Assembly (NCBI GenBank): GCA_018238625.1
Contig: JABCSY010000096.1
Span: 1-15,859 of the forward strand
Reading direction: 5' to 3'
Length of the DNA stretch: 15,859 nt
DNA from: Promethearchaeota archaeon
GTDB taxonomy: Archaea; Asgardarchaeota; Lokiarchaeia; Sigyniarchaeales; SOKP01
Shown here: positions 7,354 to 15,724 of the stretch, one piece after another
How positions within the stretch are numbered: position 1 is the first letter of the stretch
How the letters are laid out: the number at the start of each line of letters is the position of its first letter
Program-made: the position numbers and the translations under genes
The notes under the pieces: model-generated
Seen by the model: the letters and a program-made list of their open reading frames with translations, nothing else
What the model was told of the DNA's origin: nothing
The model's database searches: none

Positions 7354-9315
7354 TCACTTTGACGATACAAAATCGGGCGTATAAAACAAAAAACGTTCTT
7401 TCTGAACTGTGTTTATAATGCAAGCTTGTCTATAACCTAAGCTTGAAAGAGCCATCTGATCCTCAAGAAACGTAGTAAAATATTTAGTCTCGTTAAGTTT
7501 GATTGCGAAGAGGATATTTATATTAGTAAGAGAATAAATCCCTTTAAATAATACAGAAGCGTCCTTCCCCACAGTAATCAATCCAACACCACGGGATCTA
7601 AAAGCTTCTAAAAACTCTTCAAAGGCTTCCGCCAGATAGCTTTGCGTCACTGATAAGTTATCGCCGTTATCGTTATTTTTACGAATTTTAGCTATATGTT
7701 CTATTTCATCTATTATTACCGCGTATTTTAACTTATCCTCGCTACTCTCTGGAATAAAAACCCTTATCATTTGGATGATGAAATGAACGAGTAATTTAAG
7801 CTGATTTTGATTGTTACTGATCGAAGATAAATCTAACAAAACATTCTTTCCGTTGAGAAACTCTTTAAACCAATTTGGGAGTTCGTGAGCTAATTTTGTT
7901 ACTGATTCCAATTCGGGATCTATAAGGTTATACGCTCGATTCTCAATTGCTAACAATGCCGTATCTCCAAAATCGCCCGGATATTTCCATTTTTTAAACC
8001 AAGCCCAATAGAATTTAAAAAGATACTTTAAACTATATGGTAAACGTTTATGATTTTCAAAATATGTTTTTAGTGCGTTGCCCATATTCCATTCAAAGAT
8101 ATCTTTCAATCCTATAACTGAACTTAATATTTTTGCGAGAGTTTTTAAAACTGCTGTATCTCCAGAATCAAAACAATATGGAATTCTAACGTTTGGATAT
8201 TCGTAGAACTGATCACAGTTAAAATGTACTTTTTCTTCGCCTTTTCTTAGAAGAATAACAAGAGTACCGACATTTGGAGCTTTTTTACTAATTTCGTTCA
8301 CGAAGTGATATAAGAAATATGTTTTTCCATTACCAGTTAAACCGAGTATATTTAGGTGCCTATTCAAATCGTTTAAGTAAAGATATTGCTTCTGTTCTGT
8401 TTTTACGCCATATTTATTGATATAATTACCAAGAAGAATTTTTATTTTGCTATCGTCAGAATCAATATTAAATCCCCTTCTTTCAAATTTCAATCCGACT
8501 GCCTTTTTAATTGGGATATTTGATGGGATAACTAGATCAATTTCCTCCGGTTTTATAAATCCAGGCATCCAGTTTGGCATCCATCCTAACCTTTTTAAAC
8601 CGTTGTAATACCTACCAGTATAAGCTCCGGTTGTATTCTTGAAAAATGTCATTTCCTTTAGAATATTATCCCAAGTATCAGGCGGAGCCTTTTTCAATAT
8701 CGCCCTTTCTCCATTAGAATTGCTAAAATCGGAAATTAGATTTTGTACGTAAGCTTTAATCGTTTTTGCTTGGACTATATCTTCGTAAGATTTTGCTTCT
8801 ATACTGAAGAAAATTTTAATTTTAAATAATTCATCGGTAATAATGGAAGAAGGAACTGAATCGTCCTTCTGCCAAATAATATAGAACTTGGCAACGTGAT
8901 TTTCAATCTTTTTCAAAAAGTAAAAAATATCTATAATCCTCTTGAAAAACTTGAATTTTATTTTATAAGGAGGTTTTGGGAATGCAATTTCGTAAAATTT
9001 AACGTGATTATTTAATCTGTAATCGTTAATCTTTTTAGCACTTACTTTACCCGTTAATCCGGGAAATATTTCTCTCAAATAATTCAGAAAGTACAGCGCT
9101 TTAGCTTCTGCTCTGTCTTTTTTATTAGCCGTCAAGAAAAAGTTCCATGAAAACCGGTCGTCGTTTTTTTCTAAATCTAAAACGAACTGGGTCGTGTAGA
9201 CTGTATCGTCCCCAAATGGATTGCACAACCACGAAATTTCGTTTTCTTCTGTTCCCTCGTTACCGGGTACTTGAGCTATATTAACTATTCCTTGCCATAA
9301 TAAATCGCGTTCCAT
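7354..9315 (-). CDS. FtsK/HerA-superfamily (HerA/VirB4/TraG-like) ATPase
   Basis: Walker A HLNILGLTGNGKT (8320-8343), VLLDLS, Walker B AVIIDEIEH (~7700-7722), and an arginine-finger-like FRSRGVGLI. No TM segments. Confidence 0.9.
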   Translation of the reverse strand: MERDLLWQGIVNIAQVPGNEGTEENEISWLCNPFGDDTVYTTQFVLDLEKNDDRFSWNFFLTANKKDRAEAKALYFLNYLREIFPGLTGKVSAKKINDYRLNNHVKFYEIAFPKPPYKIKFKFFKRIIDIFYFLKKIENHVAKFYIIWQKDDSVPSSIITDELFKIKIFFSIEAKSYEDIVQAKTIKAYVQNLISDFSNSNGERAILKKAPPDTWDNILKEMTFFKNTTGAYTGRYYNGLKRLGWMPNWMPGFIKPEEIDLVIPSNIPIKKAVGLKFERRGFNIDSDDSKIKILLGNYINKYGVKTEQKQYLYLNDLNRHLNILGLTGNGKTYFLYHFVNEISKKAPNVGTLVILLRKGEEKVHFNCDQFYEYPNVRIPYCFDSGDTAVLKTLAKILSSVIGLKDIFEWNMGNALKTYFENHKRLPYSLKYLFKFYWAWFKKWKYPGDFGDTALLAIENRAYNLIDPELESVTKLAHELPNWFKEFLNGKNVLLDLSSISNNQNQLKLLVHFIIQMIRVFIPESSEDKLKYAVIIDEIEHIAKIRKNNDNGDNLSVTQSYLAEAFEEFLEAFRSRGVGLITVGKDASVLFKGIYSLTNINILFAIKLNETKYFTTFLEDQMALSSLGYRQACIINTVQKERFLFYTPDFVSSK

Positions 9316-9326
9316 CGTTATCGTAA

Positions 9327-12300
9327 TTACCTCCGTTTTATATGCGATATAAGAGCATTATTAAATTGGTTTAATTTTTCACATAATTTTACTGCGTTGT
9401 TTTCGAATCCTTCAGTTCTTAATCCTAAATCGCGAGAAATTTCCAAATATTCCTCAATTTCATTGTTAGTATATGGAATTAATTTTGATTCTACTAATCC
9501 ATTGATAAATGACTCTCTATTCGCGAAAATATCCTTTTCTAGCCTCTCAATCTTTAAATAATTTTCGTAAAGTTTGGAAAAGAGAGAATCTATGAAATCC
9601 ATTGAAGCATTTAGTGATCTCTGATATTTTTTTTCCTTTATCAAAAATTCAATGTAATATAAGGAGGGGATAAAACCCTGAACTACATCCTCGTAAACTT
9701 TTTTAAATTCGTCACTGAAAGGCTGTGAAGACGGCTCCGTAGCAAGTGTTTCAGTGAAATCAGTACTTCCTTCGTTTCTTATAACGTTTGGAACGAAAAT
9801 CGATTTGTCCTCTCCTCTTACTTGATAAAGGTCATCTACGGCTTTTCGATATTTATCACTTACTTTATAACCTGTAATTATACTTTCACCTCCGCTTGCT
9901 CGTCGGGGATGGTCTTCGACCAAATAACCTTGAGTTTTCAGGATTTGAAAAATAGAATTTCTTAATTCGGCTATTTTCTTTTTCCCTTGAACTCTTTTTA
10001 ACGCTGTGCTTCGGATAAACTTGAGCAGTTCTTCCCTAAGTTTCGATTCAGTCAAACCCCCGACTTTATCAAACTTGTTAATTGCTCCCAAAAAGGATAT
10101 GATATCTTCCATAAATTCTACATATATCCCAAGGTCTTTTTCAAAAAGCGTTTGTTTGGCTCTTGCGATTATTCTCTGCTCGTGATTTTCAAGGTCAAAC
10201 CCTTGTCTTTTCATATAAGTGATGATTTCCGCTGGAGATAGAGAATCTAACTCTGAAATTTCCTTATATCCAATTATTCCTGGAAACGGTTGATTAACGT
10301 CAGCTCTTTTAATTATAACCTCCTGCTCTTGAAGATTCATTAAGTAATCGATCTGATACGTGTTATTACGTTTAGAACTATAATAACCAGTTCCATGTAG
10401 TTCTTGTAAATTCATTTGATTTTTCAACATAGCTATATCCCGTTTATCAGTAGCTTTAAAAGATATTAAATTCGGCAAGTAATTTAGTAAGTTCTGATGA
10501 AGATAGCGTATTTGATTTGCTGAAAAGATGAACCCGAATCCTTTTTGAAGCAGTGTGGCGAGAAATTTATCAATCTTTCCATAGTCCATAGAATTTGCAT
10601 TATTATCTATGAAATAGGCATCGAAAAAGAGATCGATATTGGGAATCACAATATTTTTTGGTTGAAAATCATCGAAATGCTTAGTGTAGTGTATCAACTT
10701 TGATACAATTACAAAAGACACGAAGAGCTTTTGGCTGACTTCCTCTAAAAGGGATAAATCTATAATTATCGTTTTGTCGTTTCTAATAAAATCTATGGTA
10801 TTAATTTCATGCTCATGTTTTAACGAATGTGAAATGAAAAATTTTCGCCAATCAATAAATCCTTGTAGAATTGTGATTAGACTAGTGTAATCGTTTTTTT
10901 TTATGAATTCTTTCTCCATTTTTTGATCTAATTCTAAGGAGGATAAGCTCATATTTTCGTTACTTTTAACGGCTATCTTTAAAAGATCCACAGCTCTCTT
11001 CTGTTCTTTAAAAGCTAGCGCAAACACGTCATAAAATAAGTTTAAATATTCAATATTCTCTGGATCGTAATCCATCTCTGAGCTCAGCAATTCTAACGAA
11101 AACGAATGGCCTAATTGGAACAGTAAAACTGAATCTTTGTTATCGGTATTTTGAAAAAGGGGTATAATTTTTGACCAATTACCTGAAAAATCAAAAATTA
11201 TGCTAGGAATCTTTTTTGGTATAAGCTCAGCAACAATTCTCATTGCGGTTAATTCTCTCTGCTCTGGAAGACCGTTCGTAACTAATAACCGTTTCACTTG
11301 TTCGTAAGTAAGGCCTAGTTCTACCTCATTTTCTAACATTTCAGTGTTAATTGTTTTACCTATTAATAAATCGTTCTTTAGATGTAGAGGCGTGTTGAAT
11401 TCAGCAGCGATCCGTGTTTCCAAGCCCTTCTTAAATTCGTTTGATACAGCGATTAAATTCATTAAATTCTTACCTTGAAAATAGAGATAATTTAAACGCG
11501 TATTATTATGACTGAAATCGCGAGTTTTGAGAGCACTACTAACGAATCCGTTTAGAAGTTGATCTTTCCGTACTTCCACTAACCGAAGCCTTAAAAAGTT
11601 TTGTTCAAACGATTTTTTCAATGTTACGGCTTTTTCCTCAAGTTCATAAACCATATCAAGAGCGCTAGTTTCTCTATTAGGAGCAATTTCTTCGTAACAA
11701 TTTATTGCTATAGTTAGGTAAGTTTTCCAGATACCGGATCTCATTTGTAACCAATTTTTGTAATCCTCTGACGGATAATCGTTCTTATCGAATTTACTTA
11801 CGTCCTCCATAGTATAGGTAAATTGATCTCTGGTTTTTCTGTTATATCGTTTAAAACATTCTTTTGAAAGCATTCGTCTATCAGCAGGAGTTGCATTCAC
11901 AAAATAATTAAAATATAGCTTTTGCTTACTAATCGCCCTAAAGAATTTATCGGGATAAGCAAGCATTGGTTGGACAGCAGCTCCAAGATTCATTAGTTTC
12001 AAACCAATTAACATCTTGTTTTGAATATTAGCAAAAATCACGTCCTGGAATCTTTTATACTGGAAGAATTTTGTATCAGGAAATATGTCAACAACTTTTA
12101 TGTTTTCATAGCGGTAGAGCTTTCTATTCGAGAAAAAGAATAGAACGTCGCGCCACCACACAAAGAAGAGATAATATTGAAAGAGACCATCAATTATTAA
12201 TACTAAGAGAAGGGGGAAATTAATTGAAAATAGAATTATTGAGATTGTAATAACCAAAAAAAGCGAAAACACAGATTTGAGAAAAAAATTGAAGCTGTAA

Positions 12301-13172
12301 GATTTCTTAGGAACTTCTTTAAGCTCAGACGATCCGAAATCAGTTGGAATGTTATAAGTGGTAACCCTTACGGTTTCTAACAGCTCTCTGGTTTGCAGTA
12401 ATCGAATCTTAGTGTGATGGAAATTTGCTATGAATTCCGATTTCAATTCATTTGAATAATCTTCAACTTCGTTCAGAAGATAATTTACCATTCCTCTTTT
12501 TAATATTCCCTTTTTATGGCAATACACGCTGAAAAAGATTGATATAGTAGAGGGTATGTCGTCCTTTGCATGCGATTTATTTTCTTTTAATCCCTCAACA
12601 TTCTGCGTTCTTAAATCAACTATGGGATTATGGGAAACTTGATAAGAAAAGCTTAATTGAGAATCGTTTAAAGATTTTAAAAATTGGTTAAGAGTTGGTT
12701 GGAGATTTTCAGGTAAAACTTCTACCTTAAAAACCCTTAGGGCAACTGTGGACGAAACTTTTTTATTAACGAGTAAGAGAGTGGATGGTTCTTCTTTTAT
12801 AGCAAAAAACTCCAAATCTCCAAAAGGACGAACGTAAAACGCCTCGTTAAAGAGATTAAGAACTTTATTTAGGAACCTTTTACCTTGATCAAAAAAATAT
12901 ACGAATAAAAGAGGAAAGAGTAAACTTACGGTGAAGTAAATGTTCCTTGTTAGAAAGTATAACGAGAATGAAACTGCTAAAAATAAAATCACGCTTACGC
13001 TTCCCTTAATTGTGAACGCCTTAACGTCAATATCCCTATAACTCGGGTTCACTCTCCATATATCTAACAAATCCGAACGAGCATTCGATTTTTCATCTGA
13101 ATTGTTATTTTCTTCTTTTCTAACTTTGTTTGTCTGGTTAGAAGCCATAGTTCTTTTAAACATCGCACACAT
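9327..13172 (-). CDS. Membrane-anchored HerA/VirB4-fold protein, probably catalytically inactive, with duplicated N-terminal TM-hairpin modules and a winged-helix-like segment
   Basis: Scaffold motifs are retained (LLIGKTI, SIIFDFSGNW, TIIIDLS, KGFGFIFSANQ...NLISFK). The Walker A position reads VTNGLPEQRE and the Walker B position IVIPNID. The start could be 13172, 13163 or 13148. Confidence 0.8.
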   Translation of the reverse strand: MCAMFKRTMASNQTNKVRKEENNNSDEKSNARSDLLDIWRVNPSYRDIDVKAFTIKGSVSVILFLAVSFSLYFLTRNIYFTVSLLFPLLFVYFFDQGKRFLNKVLNLFNEAFYVRPFGDLEFFAIKEEPSTLLLVNKKVSSTVALRVFKVEVLPENLQPTLNQFLKSLNDSQLSFSYQVSHNPIVDLRTQNVEGLKENKSHAKDDIPSTISIFFSVYCHKKGILKRGMVNYLLNEVEDYSNELKSEFIANFHHTKIRLLQTRELLETVRVTTYNIPTDFGSSELKEVPKKSYSFNFFLKSVFSLFLVITISIILFSINFPLLLVLIIDGLFQYYLFFVWWRDVLFFFSNRKLYRYENIKVVDIFPDTKFFQYKRFQDVIFANIQNKMLIGLKLMNLGAAVQPMLAYPDKFFRAISKQKLYFNYFVNATPADRRMLSKECFKRYNRKTRDQFTYTMEDVSKFDKNDYPSEDYKNWLQMRSGIWKTYLTIAINCYEEIAPNRETSALDMVYELEEKAVTLKKSFEQNFLRLRLVEVRKDQLLNGFVSSALKTRDFSHNNTRLNYLYFQGKNLMNLIAVSNEFKKGLETRIAAEFNTPLHLKNDLLIGKTINTEMLENEVELGLTYEQVKRLLVTNGLPEQRELTAMRIVAELIPKKIPSIIFDFSGNWSKIIPLFQNTDNKDSVLLFQLGHSFSLELLSSEMDYDPENIEYLNLFYDVFALAFKEQKRAVDLLKIAVKSNENMSLSSLELDQKMEKEFIKKNDYTSLITILQGFIDWRKFFISHSLKHEHEINTIDFIRNDKTIIIDLSLLEEVSQKLFVSFVIVSKLIHYTKHFDDFQPKNIVIPNIDLFFDAYFIDNNANSMDYGKIDKFLATLLQKGFGFIFSANQIRYLHQNLLNYLPNLISFKATDKRDIAMLKNQMNLQELHGTGYYSSKRNNTYQIDYLMNLQEQEVIIKRADVNQPFPGIIGYKEISELDSLSPAEIITYMKRQGFDLENHEQRIIARAKQTLFEKDLGIYVEFMEDIISFLGAINKFDKVGGLTESKLREELLKFIRSTALKRVQGKKKIAELRNSIFQILKTQGYLVEDHPRRASGGESIITGYKVSDKYRKAVDDLYQVRGEDKSIFVPNVIRNEGSTDFTETLATEPSSQPFSDEFKKVYEDVVQGFIPSLYYIEFLIKEKKYQRSLNASMDFIDSLFSKLYENYLKIERLEKDIFANRESFINGLVESKLIPYTNNEIEEYLEISRDLGLRTEGFENNAVKLCEKLNQFNNALISHIKRR

Positions 13173-13405
13173 ATTTCAACACTATTTTTTTTTTTTTCAA
13201 ATCATTTTACTATAAACGAATCCTAAAAAATCTGGTATATTTAAACAAAAATTGTAATCCCACTTTTTTCTGCCTTATTAACGCATTCGATTATTAAATT
13301 TAACAATATTTTAACCTCCACGCCTTATTGCCATTTTTTAAATCCTCTTTAATTTTCTTTAAGTTAGATAATTCAATTAATTTTGCCTTTAAGGCTATTA
13401 TATAC

Positions 13406-14620
13406 TCACTTTCTATTATTCGATATTTGTAAACTATATCTAGAATGGTCTGATATTCTTTTGCTAATCTTTTGATAATAGTGCGAGAACCTCATTATTC
13501 TCCTTATTTTCCAAAGAAGATGACGAGTTCTCCATCTTTTTAACTTTTTATTCATCTTTTTCTCCTTCTTTTTAAAACTCTTTTGTGCTTCTTTTGCTCT
13601 TTTAAAATCTCCCATTCCATCGTAGGCAATAGCAATTTGGTCCCATGAATTCACATGATTCCAATCTAAATCCATAGCCTTATTGCAAGCGATTATTGCC
13701 TTATTGAACAAAAATAATCGGTTATATAATTCGCCAAGGTAAACCCACGCCTCCTTTACTATGTAATTTTCAGTAGAAAGATCATCAGAGCTGAAACGAT
13801 CTATAACGTATATAAGGAGAGCTCTTGCCAATTGGTAATCACCGTTCTTTAAATAAACTACACCAAGCTGTTGTAATGTTTCAATATCATCAGGGTAAAT
13901 TTTTAACGCTTTTTTTAGGCATTTAATTGAATTTTTAAAACTATGGCTGTCAAAATATTGAAAACCTTTATCCCTAAGAAAATAAAAATAATGCGTTTTT
14001 AACTCGCTACGATAGTGGAATCCTACGATTTTAAGACATTTCTCGAATAACCATATTACCTCTTCAAATTCAAAGTAGTTTAAATAACAATTATTACTTG
14101 AGGTTAAATAAAATATAGCAGGGGGGTAACCACTTAAAAGCGCTTTGACGATCTCAATCTTAAAAACCTCTCTTGCCTTAAGGTCCCCCGCTCTATATAA
14201 CGCGTGCAATATTGCAAAAGCATCGACTACTGTAAGCAATCTCCAGTCGTAATTACATTCCACCCATGCATTAATATAATAGCAATAAATCCAAAACTCC
14301 ATATCCGGATCTTCCAAAAATTTTTTCTTGTCGTATGTTCCAAGTAAATCCAAACGTGCTTCATCCATACAAGAGTAATTTATTTTTTCACTTTCACTTA
14401 ATATCTCGAGAATTTCTTTGAACGGTAATTTGTCTAGAGAGGGAAACCTTCTATCGTTTACATAAATAGCAATTGATGAAATATCAGTATTGCCAAAATC
14501 GATTAATCTGAGCGTTATAAACTGATTTAATTGAAATTCATTTCTCACTGTCCATGTGCAAAAACCGTCCTTTGGTTTTCTTTTGAGACTTTTTCCAAGG
14601 CTTACTTTATTTTTCAACAT
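13406..14620 (-). CDS. Lokiarchaeal-type N-terminal domain fused to C-terminal TPR repeats
   Basis: EFQLNQFITLRL...IYVND..F...EFW..C...AWVECNYDWRLL...AGDLKAREVFKIEI resembles the domain usually fused to LRRs in Lokiarchaeia. There are 3-4 TPR units (KALKIYPDDIETLQQLG, AWVYLGELY, SWDQIAIAY) and a basic tail. ATG at 14620 is preferred to TTG at 14626. Confidence 0.85.
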   Translation of the reverse strand: MLKNKVSLGKSLKRKPKDGFCTWTVRNEFQLNQFITLRLIDFGNTDISSIAIYVNDRRFPSLDKLPFKEILEILSESEKINYSCMDEARLDLLGTYDKKKFLEDPDMEFWIYCYYINAWVECNYDWRLLTVVDAFAILHALYRAGDLKAREVFKIEIVKALLSGYPPAIFYLTSSNNCYLNYFEFEEVIWLFEKCLKIVGFHYRSELKTHYFYFLRDKGFQYFDSHSFKNSIKCLKKALKIYPDDIETLQQLGVVYLKNGDYQLARALLIYVIDRFSSDDLSTENYIVKEAWVYLGELYNRLFLFNKAIIACNKAMDLDWNHVNSWDQIAIAYDGMGDFKRAKEAQKSFKKKEKKMNKKLKRWRTRHLLWKIRRIMRFSHYYQKISKRISDHSRYSLQISNNRK

Positions 14621-14725
14621 AATCAAACCATTAATGTATTATGTGTATTTAAAGAAAAAAGACAAGATTGTCTAATTTCCTCAGAAAAATTTTTGTTAAA
14701 TTTTTTTTTTCACTTTTTTTTTTTG

Positions 14726-14751
14726 AACGACTTTTCTTATTCCAAGTCGTT
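14726..14751. promoter_or_regulatory. Perfect inverted repeat AACGACTT-N10-AAGTCGTT, candidate operator in a divergent intergenic region
   Basis: 8-bp arms at 14726-14733 and 14744-14751, 13 bp upstream of a TATA-like box. Confidence 0.5.
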
Positions 14752-14764
14752 TCCTAATTTTTCT

Positions 14765-14772
14765 TTTAAATA
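14765..14772 (+). promoter_or_regulatory. Putative archaeal TATA box (TTTAAATA) for the 74-aa gene
   Basis: Ends 24 bp before ATG 14797, the spacing expected for a leaderless transcript. The AT-rich context weakens the call. Confidence 0.4.
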
Positions 14773-14796
14773 TTCCTGTTTTTAAATCTATTCATT

Positions 14797-15021
14797 ATGG
14801 TAGTATTCGATTATTTCGAAGAGGTTTTAGGAGGAATTGAGTATTTAATCGCACTTGGTTCGATTTTAGGTTTATTGGGGTTCGTAATTGGGATGATTTT
14901 CCTAATCTGGGGTGGTAATCGGTATCGAAATAAAATGATTGGCGTTATTGTCGCGTCCTTCGTACTTTTGGTTGTGTGTGGGTTTAATACGGGGATTAAA
15001 TACTTCAGGATTTTTAGATAA
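14797..15021 (+). CDS. Small two-TM membrane protein with VirB2/TrbC/CedA1 pilin-like topology
   Basis: ATG start, amphipathic acidic N-helix, Gly-rich TM1, basic loop NRYRNK, TM2 ending in G, short tail. Confidence 0.75.
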   Translation: MVVFDYFEEVLGGIEYLIALGSILGLLGFVIGMIFLIWGGNRYRNKMIGVIVASFVLLVVCGFNTGIKYFRIFR

Positions 15022-15309
15022 AAAAAAGGCATAGATAAAATAGGATTGCATGATAATTTATTGGTAAAAAATAAGACCTTTCAAATCGTCAATATCACGC
15101 GCTCTACTTTCGTTTCACGAGCAGAAAAATTCTTCATAATTTTATGGGTTATTTTTTTATTTTAAATAAACAAAATCTAAAGGTTATGTGTAGAAAACTT
15201 TAAAGAAATTGAAGTTTTTAGAAGTTAAAGTTGAAAATTGGGGGTTATTAAAAATACGAAATTAATAATCTATTATCTAAAATAAGAGAGAGATTTAGAA
15301 AGTGATTTT

Positions 15310-15579
15310 TCATTTTCGTTCTGCTTTTGCTCTCTGGGAGACATTTCCCATATGTACGCTACAGGATATGCAATAATATTTTTTCGAACTTGGGGATTGA
15401 ATAATCGTCCCAGTTTTTTTTAGTTCAGCGTACATTCTTCCATCAACTAAAGATGTTCTTCTCGTTACTGCCTTGGCTTTACTTCTCGGTACCATTCTCC
15501 CGCACTTGGAGCACTGAACATTAGTATAACTTCCCTTACGTGATCCAGTTTTTCCGCCACTTTTCCTTTTTTTTGGCAA
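15310..15579 (-). CDS. rps26e: 30S ribosomal protein S26e (eS26)
   Basis: MPKKRKSGG...VQCSKCGRMVPRSKAK...YYCISCSVH...RAKAER matches the eS26 zinc-binding pattern. TTG start. Confidence 0.97.
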   Translation of the reverse strand: MPKKRKSGGKTGSRKGSYTNVQCSKCGRMVPRSKAKAVTRRTSLVDGRMYAELKKTGTIIQSPSSKKYYCISCSVHMGNVSQRAKAERK

Positions 15580-15724
15580 TTTTTTTTCAGCTTTTTTTTT
15601 CTATTTTGAAATTTAACTCTTATTTCTTTGTATTTGAATAGGGCAAACCTTAAAAATTTTATTTTTTCCCTTAGAAAGAAGTTAAACTTACGCTCTGTTA
15701 AGATTTCCTTCTAAAAAGATATCT

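Noticed and set aside
6933-7418. 161-aa + strand Ser-rich ORF
   Set aside because: Antisense shadow of the acidic repeat region.
7354-9315. Housekeeping HerA of the HerA-NurA-Mre11-Rad50 operon
   Set aside because: No nurA, mre11 or rad50 neighbours, and no recognisable N-terminal HAS barrel.
13311-13334. Mini-ORF MAIRRGG* on the - strand with an upstream GAGGA
   Set aside because: Too short to distinguish from chance without conservation data.
14531-14785. 84-aa + strand ORF
   Set aside because: Overlaps the TPR gene start and runs through intergenic poly-T tracts.
14811-15032. 73-aa - strand ORF
   Set aside because: Antisense to the more protein-like two-TM gene, which has an ATG and a TATA-like box.
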